Positions 1 through 9,885 of a stretch of DNA of 64,000 nt are shown piece after piece (position 1 is the stretch's first letter; each line of letters begins with the position of its first letter). The DNA comes from Candidatus Latescibacterota bacterium (GTDB lineage: Bacteria > Latescibacterota > UBA2968 > UBA8231): assembly GCA_965208105.1 (NCBI GenBank), contig OZ242318.1:3264001-3328000 (forward strand). The letters are read 5' to 3'. The notes under the pieces are model-generated. The model was not told where the DNA came from and did not search any database. It saw only the letters and a program-made list of their open reading frames with translations. A program made the position numbers and the translations under genes.

Positions 1-468
1 TTCGGTCCCTGTTCTGATCAGAGCGGACCCGGTCCGAATGTCTTCGCCGCGGTAGCGGACGTTGGCATTTTCCTCTTCCGACTCCAGGACGAGGACCCGG
101 GATCCATGGGGGCGGGTGTCCTCTACGCGGACTACCGTGTCGGCTCCGGGGGGCAGCGGGGCCCCGGTCATGATGCGGCTGGTCTGGCCGGGACCCAGGG
201 TCTTTTCTCCCACGCGCCCGGCCGGGATATTTTCGATCACATCCAGTTCGACGGGTTGGTGGGGCGCCGCCCCCTCTACGTCGGAATAGCGGACGGCGTA
301 GCCATCCATGGCGGAGTTGTCCAGAGGCGGATTGTCGTAGCGAGCCCGGACGTCCTCGGCGAGAACGCGGCCCATCGCTTCGAGCAGAGGGACGCGTTCC
401 ACTCCCAATGGCCGGATTCTGTCGAGGATTGTTCGCTGAGCTTCTTCGGGTGTGAGCATTTCGCTCAT
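1..468 (-). CDS. moeA: Molybdopterin molybdotransferase MoeA, N-terminal part (runs off window edge)
   Basis: Not in the ORF track. Hand translation from the ATG at 468 gives MSEMLTPEEAQRTIL...GRVLAEDV...PPLDNSAMDGYAVR...RIMTGAPLP.GADTVVRVED, which contains the MoeA SAMDGYA and IMTGAP motifs. Confidence 0.9.
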   Translation of the reverse strand, partial: MSEMLTPEEAQRTILDRIRPLGVERVPLLEAMGRVLAEDVRARYDNPPLDNSAMDGYAVRYSDVEGAAPHQPVELDVIENIPAGRVGEKTLGPGQTSRIMTGAPLPPGADTVVRVEDTRPHGSRVLVLESEEENANVRYRGEDIRTGSALIRTGTE

Positions 469-589
469 TGGCGGCCGGTTTCTCGGGGGAAGTTCCATCT
501 GAACGTCAAATATTCTACCGTGAAGATAATCGAGATTTCCGGGGATACAAGGGTGTGCAGGGCAGTCCATTCCGGGACTCGCCGCTGGC

Positions 590-618
590 TTGATCCGCTG
601 CCCGGGTTATTATATTAT
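590..618 (+). promoter_or_regulatory. Putative sigma70 promoter for the aminotransferase
   Basis: TTGATC (590-595), 17 bp spacer, TATTAT (613-618), in an AT-rich patch of a divergent intergenic region. Confidence 0.4.
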
Positions 619-778
619 TGGCCGGTGCGGCGCTGATGGCAGGTCCTGGAACAGCGAAAATGCAGGCGGCCAGTTTGGGTTGGATGCCCACCTGGTGGCA
701 ATGGAGATGCACTCACCTGCGGACATACCCATGCAACTGCCAGTACCGACGGTCATCCGGACGGCCGGGGAATAGATC

Positions 779-1870
779 GTGACGGATTTGCAGCCCATAG
801 TCTTTACGCGGGGGACGCCGACCACCGATGTATTTTCACTGGACCTGGTGAGCGAAAGTTTCCAAAAAGCCATTGAACGATATGGACTGGAAGCTTTGCA
901 GTACGGCAGCTCCTTTGGATTCCCCCCAATGTGCCGGTGGTTGGCCGACAGATATGGTGTTGATTCGGACCAGGTGTTGACTTCCAACGGCTCCCTGCAG
1001 CTTCTGGACCTGCTTTGCCACCCTTTGACAGGTCCAGGAGATGTCGTCTTTACCGAAGAGCCGACCTATGACCGTGCCCTTGCGCTCTTGCGCCGGCACG
1101 GAACCCGGATCGTGGGAATCCCTCTTGAACCCGACGGTCCCGACCTGGACCTGCTCGAAGCGGCCCTGTCCCGGCATTCACCAAGATTCTTCTATATCAT
1201 TCCCGATTTCCAGAATCCTTCCGGAACGACCTGCTCACAGGAGAAGCGCCGGCGGATAGTCGAGCTGGCGGAGCTCCACGATTTCTGGCTGGTCGAGGAC
1301 ACTCCCTATCGCATGCTGCGCTACCGCGGCCATGATGAACCCACTTTGTTCGAGTTGGCTTCCCATCGGGTTTTGCACCTGAACTCCTTCAGCAAGGTGA
1401 TCGTTCCCGGGACTCGGGTGGGTTTTGCCGTGGGCCCGAAGGAGATGATGGCGCGGATAGCCAGGGTCGCTGAAGACACCTATATAACGCCCGGGATTCT
1501 GGGCCAGGCTCTCGTGTGTGAATTTTGCGAGAATGATTTTCTCGAACCCCAGCTGGAGAGACTGAGGACCGCGTATGTGCCGCGCCTTCAGGCAGCGCTC
1601 GATGGACTTGACAAGCATCTGCCCGAAGCGCGGACGACGCGTCCCGAGGGCGGTTTCTTTTTGTCGCTGGCGCTTCCTCAAGGCATCACCGGCAAGGAGG
1701 TGCGGGCCGCTGCCGCAGCCAAAAACCTGACCCTGGCCGATGGCGAGGCGTTTTTCCCTGGTGGGGGAGGTGAGCATTTTCTACGCCTGCCCTTTTGCGC
1801 GATGACTCCAGAGCAGATCGAGGCGGGGATTTTCCGTCTGGGTGAAGTGGTGGCGGATCTGCAAGGATAA
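779..1870 (+). CDS. PLP-dependent aminotransferase, class I/II (LysN/ARO8-like)
   Basis: Motifs YIIPDFQNPSG, VEDTPY, SFSKVIVPGTRVG (PLP lysine), FLRLPF; GTG start. Confidence 0.88.
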   Translation: MTDLQPIVFTRGTPTTDVFSLDLVSESFQKAIERYGLEALQYGSSFGFPPMCRWLADRYGVDSDQVLTSNGSLQLLDLLCHPLTGPGDVVFTEEPTYDRALALLRRHGTRIVGIPLEPDGPDLDLLEAALSRHSPRFFYIIPDFQNPSGTTCSQEKRRRIVELAELHDFWLVEDTPYRMLRYRGHDEPTLFELASHRVLHLNSFSKVIVPGTRVGFAVGPKEMMARIARVAEDTYITPGILGQALVCEFCENDFLEPQLERLRTAYVPRLQAALDGLDKHLPEARTTRPEGGFFLSLALPQGITGKEVRAAAAAKNLTLADGEAFFPGGGGEHFLRLPFCAMTPEQIEAGIFRLGEVVADLQG

Positions 1871-1922
1871 TTTCCGGTCTGCGGTCAGTCCAATTCATCT
1901 ATTTCTCAACAGGAGGAAGATC

Positions 1923-2924
1923 ATGATCCGGTATTCTGGAAAGCTCATATCCGCGCTGATTGCCATGGCCCTGCTCCTTGTGGCAGCACAAGGATTCGCC
2001 CAGACCAGAGAAGCCGGACCCTGGTGGCCGCACCCGGTCTGGGGCGGGGAGGACCAGGCAGGCGGCTCCAACTGGATAACTCCGGCCAAGGTTGTGGAAG
2101 CCGTCAAGCTCGTCGAAAGTGGAAAAATCTACGATATCGGCCAGGTCTACGAGCGTGGGATGCCGCTCTTTGGCGAGCGGACCTATTCCATGTTCATCCC
2201 GGGGGCGCCCACAGGCGGTCCTTTTGGAGAGAACAACATGCTGATGTACAACGACGAGTTTCTCTGCGCCGAGATCGGCCAGGTAGGCACCCAGTTCGAT
2301 GGCCTGGGTCACATTGGAACGCGGATGACGATGGCCGATGGCACGAAGCAGGATGTGTTCTACAATGGCTATACGACGGATGAGATGAAAGGGGCCTATG
2401 GTCTGCAGAAACTGGGGATAGAGCACGTTCGGACTTTCTTCACTCGAGGCATTCTGATCGATATTGCAGGGTACAAGGAGGTGGAGACCCTGGAGCACAG
2501 CTACGAGGTGACTGTGGCCGACGTGGAAGGCGCCCTGGAGAAGCAGGGCATGGCGCAATCCGGTATCAGGGATGGGGACGCTCTTTTCTTCAACTACGGC
2601 TGGTCAAAGTGGTGGACCAATCCTGACAAGTACAACACCAACCCGCCGGGAATCGGCCTGGAGGTGGCAGCCTGGATCGCCGGTAAGAATGCTTCCATGA
2701 TCGGCTCTGATCAGTGGACCACCGAAGTGGTGCCCAACCCCGATCCGAAGAAGGAATTCCCTGTGCACCAGGAATTGATCGTGAAGAACGGCATATTCAA
2801 TCTGGAGAACATGGTTTTCGAAGAACTGGTCGAGGACGGCGTCTACGAGTTTCTGTTCGTGCTCACCCCCATTCGCTTCAAAGGGGCGACAGGTTCTCCG
2901 GGGAGGCCCATAGCGATCCGTTAG
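1923..2924 (+). CDS. Secreted cyclase-family (kynurenine formamidase-like) metal-dependent hydrolase
   Basis: Signal peptide (..AQGFA-Q), motifs QVGTQFDGLGH, HQELIVKNGIFNLEN, GATGSPGRPIAI; AGGAGG RBS upstream. Confidence 0.85.
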   Translation: MIRYSGKLISALIAMALLLVAAQGFAQTREAGPWWPHPVWGGEDQAGGSNWITPAKVVEAVKLVESGKIYDIGQVYERGMPLFGERTYSMFIPGAPTGGPFGENNMLMYNDEFLCAEIGQVGTQFDGLGHIGTRMTMADGTKQDVFYNGYTTDEMKGAYGLQKLGIEHVRTFFTRGILIDIAGYKEVETLEHSYEVTVADVEGALEKQGMAQSGIRDGDALFFNYGWSKWWTNPDKYNTNPPGIGLEVAAWIAGKNASMIGSDQWTTEVVPNPDPKKEFPVHQELIVKNGIFNLENMVFEELVEDGVYEFLFVLTPIRFKGATGSPGRPIAIR

Positions 2925-3088
2925 TGTCCCCTCGCAGAGACAGGTTGACGAAATTGTGCCGCCTAGACGCCAGGCTCAAAAGGCGCCTGAGCGAGTCGTA
3001 GCAGTGGTGTACGGCGAGTGAAGGCAACGCCGTGAGCCGGAATGGATCGGTGGAAAAATGTTGACATATTTCTGCGATGGGACCCTGG
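2921..3088 (+). mobile_element. MITE-like element type A, degenerate copy (168 bp)
   Basis: Ungapped ~87% identity (hand count) to 34829-34996; ends TTAGTGTCCCCTCGCAGAGA...TTTCTGCGATGGGACCCTGG; its TAG is the stop codon of the cyclase gene. Confidence 0.85.
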
Positions 3089-3185
3089 TGCGGGGGTTGG
3101 CAGGCAGTTTCTGCAGGACCTTCCTTCCGCGGGAATCGGGACGGCAATCCCGGGTCCGTTTTTCCGTTGCACCAGGGGTCTGGGT

Positions 3186-4067
3186 TCAAAGGGCAAGGGT
3201 AGAAGGGGCGAGGATGATTTCGACCACACCAGTTTGGTGGCCTGGCGAAACGGAAGCCTCCGGTGTGACCTCGAAGTCGTGGCGCACGGCGAGCTGGTTG
3301 GCCAGCGCAAGAAGAAAGCCCGCGATAACCAGCCATTTCAGGCGGCTTCCGTGGCGTCCGCTGACCCCGCGCAGATAGAGATAGCTCGCATAGCTCAACC
3401 AGGTGGGCAAGGCCATCCAGATCTTGGTGTCGCGCGCTCCCAGGTACTCCCCCGGAGCTCCGAATAGCCAGACGACCCCCATTCCCAGTCCCAGAGTAAA
3501 GAGAAAGAAGCCGGCCCCGACGAAGTGATCCGTGGCGCTCGTCGCGGTGTCCAGGGCAGGCAGGTAGCGGTTCAGTCGGCCCTGCTTAAGGGAGCGCGCC
3601 TGAATCAGGTAGCTGACCGCGGCGCAGGAGGCCAGGGCAAATCCCACGTTTCCCAGCAGGGTGACTATCACGTGGATGCCCAGCCAGGGATAGTGGAGGA
3701 GGACGGATTCCGCCTCTGCAAAACGCAGCGGCATCAGCACGGGGTAGAGTAGCCCGAAAAAGGCAAGAGGCGCCGCCAGAAGGCTCAGGTGGCGGAAGGA
3801 TGTATAGTTCTCGACCAGTTGATTTACCACGAGCAGGGCGAGAATCGGCAGCGAAATGACGAAGAGCATATTTGAAAAAGGGGAGCTCGATGACACCAGG
3901 AAGTGGAGCAGCAAGGCAAGGACGTGAATGCCCATGCCGAGTTGCAATGTCTTCCGGCCCCAGAAGTTCCAGCCGTTCTTGCCCAACAGGAAGTGTCCCT
4001 GGAATAACAGGGAAGCGGCCAGGTAGAGAAAAAGAGGCAGGAACAAGATGGCTGTTTGCAATGTCAT
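3186..4067 (-). CDS. ccsA: Cytochrome c assembly protein (CcsA/HemX-like)
   Basis: About 8 TM segments, WLGIHVIVTLLG His motif, DTKIW..TWL.Y; directly downstream of hemA. Confidence 0.75.
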   Translation of the reverse strand: MTLQTAILFLPLFLYLAASLLFQGHFLLGKNGWNFWGRKTLQLGMGIHVLALLLHFLVSSSSPFSNMLFVISLPILALLVVNQLVENYTSFRHLSLLAAPLAFFGLLYPVLMPLRFAEAESVLLHYPWLGIHVIVTLLGNVGFALASCAAVSYLIQARSLKQGRLNRYLPALDTATSATDHFVGAGFFLFTLGLGMGVVWLFGAPGEYLGARDTKIWMALPTWLSYASYLYLRGVSGRHGSRLKWLVIAGFLLALANQLAVRHDFEVTPEASVSPGHQTGVVEIILAPSTLAL

Positions 4068-4078
4068 CGCGGAGTCAC

Positions 4079-5365
4079 CTACTTTTCTTCGTTCCCCTCT
4101 TCCGAAGTATCCAGGTTGAAAAGGCGCTGCACCGTGTCCAGTCGGATGTAGCCATCCTCGTCGTTGGCGAATTCACGGATCCTCACCAGGGGATCGTGCA
4201 GCAGCTTGTTGCCGTATCCTCGCAGGATCCCTTCAACTGACCTGAGGTCCTGCTCGGACAGATGGGATAATTTGGCCATCCATCGGTCCAGCTCCACCTG
4301 CCGGAGGACTTCGGCGCGCCGGCGCAACGCCTTTACCAGGGGTCCGGTTCCCAAGGCGTTGAACCACAGGAGGAAGTCGTGAATTTCTTCCCTGATCAGT
4401 TGTTGCACCTTGAGTACTTCCACCTCGCGCTCGCCGCGGTTGGACTCCACTACTTGTTTCAGGTCATCGATGTCGAAGAGAAAGACATTGTCGAGGTCCC
4501 TGACCTGGGGATCGATATCACGCGGAACTGCGATGTCGATGAGGAATAGAGGGCGGCTCCGTCGCAGGCGCATGGTTTGCCGCAGCTGGCTGGCAGGAAT
4601 AACGAAACCTGGAGCAGCGGTCGAGGAGATGACCACATCGACCTCCTGCAGCTTGACTGCCAGGTCGGCAAAGTCCACGGCTTCGCCGTCGATGCACCTG
4701 GCCAGCGATCTTGCCCGCTCAGGGGTGCGATTGGTCACGTAGAGGCGACCGATTCCACTATCGACCAGGTACTGGGCGGTGAGTTCGCCCATCTTGCCCG
4801 CGCCGATGAGCAGAGCACTGCGGCTGTCCAGGGAATCAAAGATCTGGCAGGCAAGTTCCACCGCCGCCGTGCCGACCGACAGGCGGCCGCGGCCGATATC
4901 GGTTTCGGTGCGGGCGCGCTTGCCCACGCGGAGAGAGCGCTGAAAGATTTCGTTCAAGAGGAGACGGGCAGACCCGTTTTTCTGGGCCATTTCCAGAGCG
5001 TCGCGCACTTGCTTGAGGATCTGGGATTCGCCGATGACAAGTGAATCGATGCCGCAAGCTACGCCGAAGAGGTGCTTGACTGCATCTCCGTCGCTGAATT
5101 CGTAGAGGTGGGGTTTGAGTCGGACAGGGTCGACGCCATGAACTTCGGCGAGGAATGCAAAAGCTCCCTCCAGGCTCTTGCCGGTGTCGCACGCTGCATA
5201 TATTTCCCATCGATTGCAGGTGGAGAGGAGAGCGGCTTCGGGCAGACCGCAGCGCTCGGTCAACTGTGACAGAACCTTGCGCTGGAAGGCCGGCGCTGCG
5301 GCGAACCATTCGCGGATTTCTATTGGTGCAGTCCGGTGATTGAGCCCGAGGGTGAGTATGTGCAC
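4079..5365 (-). CDS. hemA: Glutamyl-tRNA reductase
   Basis: Motifs GLNHRTAP, LSTCNRWEIY, GIDSLVIGESQI, GAGKMG, DIAVPRDID. Confidence 0.97.
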   Translation of the reverse strand: MHILTLGLNHRTAPIEIREWFAAAPAFQRKVLSQLTERCGLPEAALLSTCNRWEIYAACDTGKSLEGAFAFLAEVHGVDPVRLKPHLYEFSDGDAVKHLFGVACGIDSLVIGESQILKQVRDALEMAQKNGSARLLLNEIFQRSLRVGKRARTETDIGRGRLSVGTAAVELACQIFDSLDSRSALLIGAGKMGELTAQYLVDSGIGRLYVTNRTPERARSLARCIDGEAVDFADLAVKLQEVDVVISSTAAPGFVIPASQLRQTMRLRRSRPLFLIDIAVPRDIDPQVRDLDNVFLFDIDDLKQVVESNRGEREVEVLKVQQLIREEIHDFLLWFNALGTGPLVKALRRRAEVLRQVELDRWMAKLSHLSEQDLRSVEGILRGYGNKLLHDPLVRIREFANDEDGYIRLDTVQRLFNLDTSEEGNEEK

Positions 5366-5440
5366 GGCAAGGTCGACGTCGGGGATTGAGTCATGCGAAA
5401 TGTGGATTCTAAAGGTAGTAAAATGTGGTGGGAATACCAG

Positions 5441-6883
5441 TTAGGAAGGATTGCCGGAATGAGAACCGGTTGCCTGGCAGGGAGGTTTGCCCAAATCTCC
5501 GGCTATGCGGTCGCCAAGTGCCCGGGAGTGCTCGATGCAGTTGGGGACCGAGATGCCGCCGCGGAAGTTCCCCCCAAAGTATAGTCGGGGGTGCCTGGCT
5601 TCGAAGGCATCGAGGGAAGTCGTGAATTGCTGGTATCCTGGTCGGTACTGGGGGATGGCTCTGGACCAGCGAACTACCTGGACTTCGTCCGGCGAGGCCT
5701 GGATGCCCAACAGAAATTCCAGTTCCTTCCGCACCATGTCTATGAGAGGGCCATCCGGCAGCGTTGCGTTTTCGGGTTGTCGAACACCTCCCACGAAGGT
5801 CGTAAGGGCGGCGCCTCCCTCCGGCGCACGTCCGGGGAACAGCGTGGAGTTCCAGATGGTGCCCAGAATCTGGCGTTGCTCGCACTGTGGAACGAGGAAG
5901 CCGAAACCGTCCAGGGGCCGGCCACCCGGATGGTCCTTATAGCCGCAGAAAACTACGGCAACCGGCGGGTAGTGGACCTGTTCGAGGGCGCTTCCGATGG
6001 GAAAGTCGAAAGGGAACTCCAGGTGTGCGTAGGCATGTGCGGGGATGGTGAAGGCAAGGGAACGGGTATGGAGCTGCATTGCTGCATTCCCCGAGTGCAG
6101 ATCGAGCAGGTATCCCCCGTCCATTGGTTGCACGGACTTCAAATTCGCTCCGGTATGAATGGCATCGCCGAGCCTTTCTTCCAGGGCGTCGATTAATGTC
6201 TGCAGGCCTTCTCGAAAGGAGAAGAGGCGTGCTCTTCGCATGGAAGCCGCGCCCCGCCGGTGGCGTTTGAAGGCGGCGAGTATTGCTCCCTTGAGGATGC
6301 TTCCGTGTTTCTGTTCCAGGAAATACAGCCAGGGGAAGGCGCTTCTGGCACTTAATTCCTCCGGGACTCCGGCGTAAACCCCTGCCACGAAGGGATTGAC
6401 TCCGTAGTCGAGGAACTCGCGTCCAAGGCGCCGCTCGACAAACGCTGCCAGGGTCTCCTCGGCATCTTTGGGGGCCGGTCTTGCGAAAGGTTCCCTCAGC
6501 AGGCGGGCTTTGGCGCGCGCCGAGAAGAGCTTGCTGGAGACCAGCCCGGGGAGGCTCGTGGGCAGGGGGTGCAGGGCACCACCGCGGACTATATAGCGGA
6601 ACCTGGCTTCTGAACTGGCGAATAGCCTGGACGACTCGATTCGGAGGTCGGTGAAAAGTCGGTGCAGCAGCGGGGAGGATTCGAGCAGGGCGCTGGGACC
6701 GTGTTCTATCAGGAAGCCATTGGCCCGGGTGGTGCGGATGGCGCCGCCAACCCTTTCGCCGCGTTCGATTACGCGAACATTCAGACCCTTGCCGGCCAGG
6801 TAGTAGGCGAGTGCCAGTCCGGAAATGCCCGCGCCGATTACGGCCACATCCGTCCTCCGACACCCGAGCCCGGGGTCACCCAT
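5441..6883 (-). CDS. hemY: Protoporphyrinogen/coproporphyrinogen oxidase (HemY type)
   Basis: GAGISGL FAD motif, RVGGAIRT, EHGPSA, GFGFLVP, AIPQY. Confidence 0.92.
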   Translation of the reverse strand: MGDPGLGCRRTDVAVIGAGISGLALAYYLAGKGLNVRVIERGERVGGAIRTTRANGFLIEHGPSALLESSPLLHRLFTDLRIESSRLFASSEARFRYIVRGGALHPLPTSLPGLVSSKLFSARAKARLLREPFARPAPKDAEETLAAFVERRLGREFLDYGVNPFVAGVYAGVPEELSARSAFPWLYFLEQKHGSILKGAILAAFKRHRRGAASMRRARLFSFREGLQTLIDALEERLGDAIHTGANLKSVQPMDGGYLLDLHSGNAAMQLHTRSLAFTIPAHAYAHLEFPFDFPIGSALEQVHYPPVAVVFCGYKDHPGGRPLDGFGFLVPQCEQRQILGTIWNSTLFPGRAPEGGAALTTFVGGVRQPENATLPDGPLIDMVRKELEFLLGIQASPDEVQVVRWSRAIPQYRPGYQQFTTSLDAFEARHPRLYFGGNFRGGISVPNCIEHSRALGDRIAGDLGKPPCQATGSHSGNPS

Positions 6884-8000
6884 CTTTCCTTTTTCCAGCC
6901 GGCGGCAGGAGGGTGAGGCATTCCCGTCGCAGAGAGAGGAGGATCTTTTCTCCTGGATCGAGGGATAGGGGTATGTAGGCGTGGCGCGAAAACCGCACTT
7001 CCACTTCGTGACCGTTTTTCAGGCGCACCTGGAGGCTCTCAAAGTTGGCGTTGCGGGACCGGGAGGTGATGTTTCCCTCGACCTGATTGTGGCTGACCGC
7101 GTCCATCAGCGGCCGGTCCGGGTATATGATCTTGATATCTTCCGGTTGAATGTAGACCGTCACCTCCACATTCCCCGGGAGAGGTTGGACCGGGGCGTGC
7201 AGTCCGAGTCCGTCCCAATCCAGTACCAGGCCTGCTTCTCTTGCCGCGACGACCCGGGCGCGAAAGAGGTTCCTGATGCCCATGACCTCGGCCACTTGAT
7301 GGTCGGCGGGGTAGCGGAAGACCTCGTCCACCGGGCCGATCTGGCGGATGCGGCCTTCCTGCAACACGGCGAGGCGGTTCCCCATGGCGAATGCGTCGTC
7401 CAGGTTGTGGGTTACGTAGATTACAACCAGGCGCAGTTCCCGCTGCAGTTGACCCAGCTCCTGCTGGAAGCGCTGCCGCAGGGCGAGGTCCAGGGCGGAA
7501 AATGGTTCATCGAGCAGGAGTATCCGGGGTTCGATGGCCAGGGCCCGGGCAATGGCCACGCGCTGCCGCTGGCCGCCGGACAGTTCGTGGGGGCGGTGTC
7601 CTGCCAGGTGAGCCAGGCCCATCCTGTCCAGAAGCTCACGGGCGCGCTGATGGCGGTTTTTCCCCCCCGTTCGGGGATAGGCTACGTTCTCCAGGGCCGT
7701 CATGTGGGGAAAGAGGGAGTAGTGTTGGAATACGTAGCCTATGCGGCGGCGGCGCGGTGGCAAATTGCAGCTAGGACCGTCGCGATGGCGGCGAAAGAAG
7801 AGTTCGCGGTCGAGGCTGATTTCGCCGGCGTCCGGATGGTTGAGGCCGGCGATTGCGTTGAGGGTGGTGCTCTTGCCAGCCCCCGATGGGCCATAGAGAA
7901 CGAGGACCTCAGTGGCCGCCTCGAACCGGACATTCAGGGAAAATCCACCCAGGCGTTTTTCGATATCGATATTGAGGCGGTTGCGATCTTTGTCATGCAT
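6876..8000 (-). CDS. modC: Molybdate ABC transporter ATP-binding protein
   Basis: Walker A GPSGAGKST, LSGGQRQR, LLLDEPFSALD, TOBE-like C-terminus; follows modB. Confidence 0.88.
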   Translation of the reverse strand: MHDKDRNRLNIDIEKRLGGFSLNVRFEAATEVLVLYGPSGAGKSTTLNAIAGLNHPDAGEISLDRELFFRRHRDGPSCNLPPRRRRIGYVFQHYSLFPHMTALENVAYPRTGGKNRHQRARELLDRMGLAHLAGHRPHELSGGQRQRVAIARALAIEPRILLLDEPFSALDLALRQRFQQELGQLQRELRLVVIYVTHNLDDAFAMGNRLAVLQEGRIRQIGPVDEVFRYPADHQVAEVMGIRNLFRARVVAAREAGLVLDWDGLGLHAPVQPLPGNVEVTVYIQPEDIKIIYPDRPLMDAVSHNQVEGNITSRSRNANFESLQVRLKNGHEVEVRFSRHAYIPLSLDPGEKILLSLRRECLTLLPPAGKRKDG

Positions 8001-8679
8001 GGGTCCGCTCTTCGGCCGCTGGAACGGCCGCTTCAGCACGCCGGAAGGGTTCCAGACGGCGAACGCACCACAAACTCATAAAACCCAGGACTGTCATCAA
8101 TAGGACCATCTGGTGAGCCAGACCGTATTGGCTGTCCTGTACGGCATCGTAGATTGCAAGGGGCAAAGTCTGGGTCTTGCCTGGAATGTTTGCGGCGACC
8201 ATCAGTGTGGCGCCGAACTCTCCGAGGGCGCGGGTGGAGCCCAGGACCAGGCCCGCCAGGATTCCTCTCCGGCTCAGGGGAAGGGTGATGCGCCACATCA
8301 CCTCGAGCTCGGTGGAACCCAGGGTGCGCGCTGCATGCTCGAGGTCGGGATCGACGTTGGCGATGGCCGACCGCGCGGCCTGGAACATCAATGGAAGGCC
8401 AACCACGGTGGAGGCGATCACCGCCGCCGGCCAGGTAAAGAGCAGGTTCCAGCCGAACAAATGGGCGAAGGGACCGTCCCTCCCCAGAAGTATGAGGAGG
8501 TAGAAGCCCACCACGCTGGGCGGCAGAACCAGGGGCAGATGGATTGCCGTCTCCAATATTGTCTGACCGCGGAATTGATGGCGGGCGAAGAATATGGCCA
8601 GGACCAGGCCGATGGCGAAGATCAGCAGCGTGGCTGCCGAGGTTACCTTCAACGAAAGGAGGAGAGGGTGCCAGCTCAT
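7993..8679 (-). CDS. modB: Molybdate ABC transporter permease
   Basis: LPLVLPPSVVGFYLL, RALGEFGATLMVAANIPGKTQTLPLAIY; start ATG overlaps the modA stop (ATGA). Confidence 0.93.
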   Translation of the reverse strand: MSWHPLLLSLKVTSAATLLIFAIGLVLAIFFARHQFRGQTILETAIHLPLVLPPSVVGFYLLILLGRDGPFAHLFGWNLLFTWPAAVIASTVVGLPLMFQAARSAIANVDPDLEHAARTLGSTELEVMWRITLPLSRRGILAGLVLGSTRALGEFGATLMVAANIPGKTQTLPLAIYDAVQDSQYGLAHQMVLLMTVLGFMSLWCVRRLEPFRRAEAAVPAAEERTHA

Positions 8680-9485
8680 GGGTTCAGTGAATCCCGAAGT
8701 GGTAGAAGACCGTATTTTTCCATGATGGATCGAGCCTGGGGGGTATTGACATAGGCGGCGAAACTGCGTGCCTCCGTCGGATGCGCCGAGGATCTTATCA
8801 CCGCCAGGGACTGGTAGGGAGGGCTGTAGAGATCCCCGGGAACCGCTACCCAGCGGCCCTTGCCCGGTCTGCACAGGGAGCGGGCGGCGAGGGCGGCGTC
8901 GACGTTGCCGCTTTCTGCATAGTGCATGGCCTGGCGCACGTTCCGGCCCATGACGAGTTTGTGCTGGAGCCGGTCCCAGAGACCGGCGCGCTGTAGTGCC
9001 TCGCGGGCAGCTATGCCATAGGGGGCGTGCACGGGGTTGGCCATGGCAAAGCGCTTGAGCTCCGGTCGCAGCAGGTCACCGAGGCTCTTCAATGGGAGCG
9101 GACTGTCCGGCCGAGACCAGATGACGAGCTGGCCGCGGCCAAAGCGAGTGACGGTGTCGGGTGCTATGAGGTCTTTGGCGGCAAGGGTGTCGATGTAGGC
9201 GGAACTGGCCGATGCAAAGAGGTCAACCGGGGCGCCTTGTTGGATCTGGTGGGTCAGCTTGCCGCTCGAGCCAAAGTTGCATATGACTCTGATTCCGCTT
9301 TGTTGCTCGAAAAGGGCGGAGAGTTCCTGAAATGCAATGGTGAGGCTGGTCGCAGCGGAGACGGTCAGGGTGGGGCTTGGGGCCGTGTGGTTGCGCGAAC
9401 AGCTGCAGGTGAGAAGAAATGGAAATAGGAGGATCAGGTACAGGTAGATTGTTCGGATGCTATGTAGATTCTCAGGCGGACACAT
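8676..9485 (-). CDS. modA: Molybdate ABC transporter substrate-binding protein
   Basis: SAATSL, FGSSGKL, GAPVDLFASA, ANPVHAPYG; lipoprotein-like N-terminus. Confidence 0.93.
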   Translation of the reverse strand: MCPPENLHSIRTIYLYLILLFPFLLTCSCSRNHTAPSPTLTVSAATSLTIAFQELSALFEQQSGIRVICNFGSSGKLTHQIQQGAPVDLFASASSAYIDTLAAKDLIAPDTVTRFGRGQLVIWSRPDSPLPLKSLGDLLRPELKRFAMANPVHAPYGIAAREALQRAGLWDRLQHKLVMGRNVRQAMHYAESGNVDAALAARSLCRPGKGRWVAVPGDLYSPPYQSLAVIRSSAHPTEARSFAAYVNTPQARSIMEKYGLLPLRDSLNP

Positions 9486-9885
9486 GGGAGTTGGAAACGC
9501 AATTGGAATTGGACTCTACGGCCTGCTCCGAAAGCCGATCCGGGGTTGACTGCAACGGAGGTGCTCCGCGGTTTGACTTGCAGTGAATTCCTCAATTGAA
9601 TCTACGTAAAATTTTCGCCTGCAGAAACCACGGGGAAGGCGGCAAAACCGGCGGCTCGGAAATCTCCGGGCGCCGTGATTCAGTCCATGTTCGAGGAGGG
9701 GAAACTGGGTCTGGTCTCAGGGAAAGTCAACGGCATACTCTCGGCGGCGCAAATGGGCTTTTCTCGAGTGGCTGGGAAAAGCTCGCCCTGATGTGCTCTG
9801 CATTCAGGGGTCACGAGGAGTGTTGACGGTGCGCAACGAGAGATTTACTTTGCTCGACGCGTATTTCCAAATGGCCGGAGGGACA

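Noticed and set aside
106-775. Plus-strand ORFs 106-636 and 590-775
   Set aside because: The first overlaps moeA on the opposite strand; the second spans the likely promoter/leader and has no motif.
9486-9800. Possible Moco riboswitch or ModE box upstream of modA
   Set aside because: A hairpin (ACTGCAA..CGGAG-CAC-CTCCG-TTGCAGT on the minus strand) exists, but I could not match riboswitch or operator consensus features.
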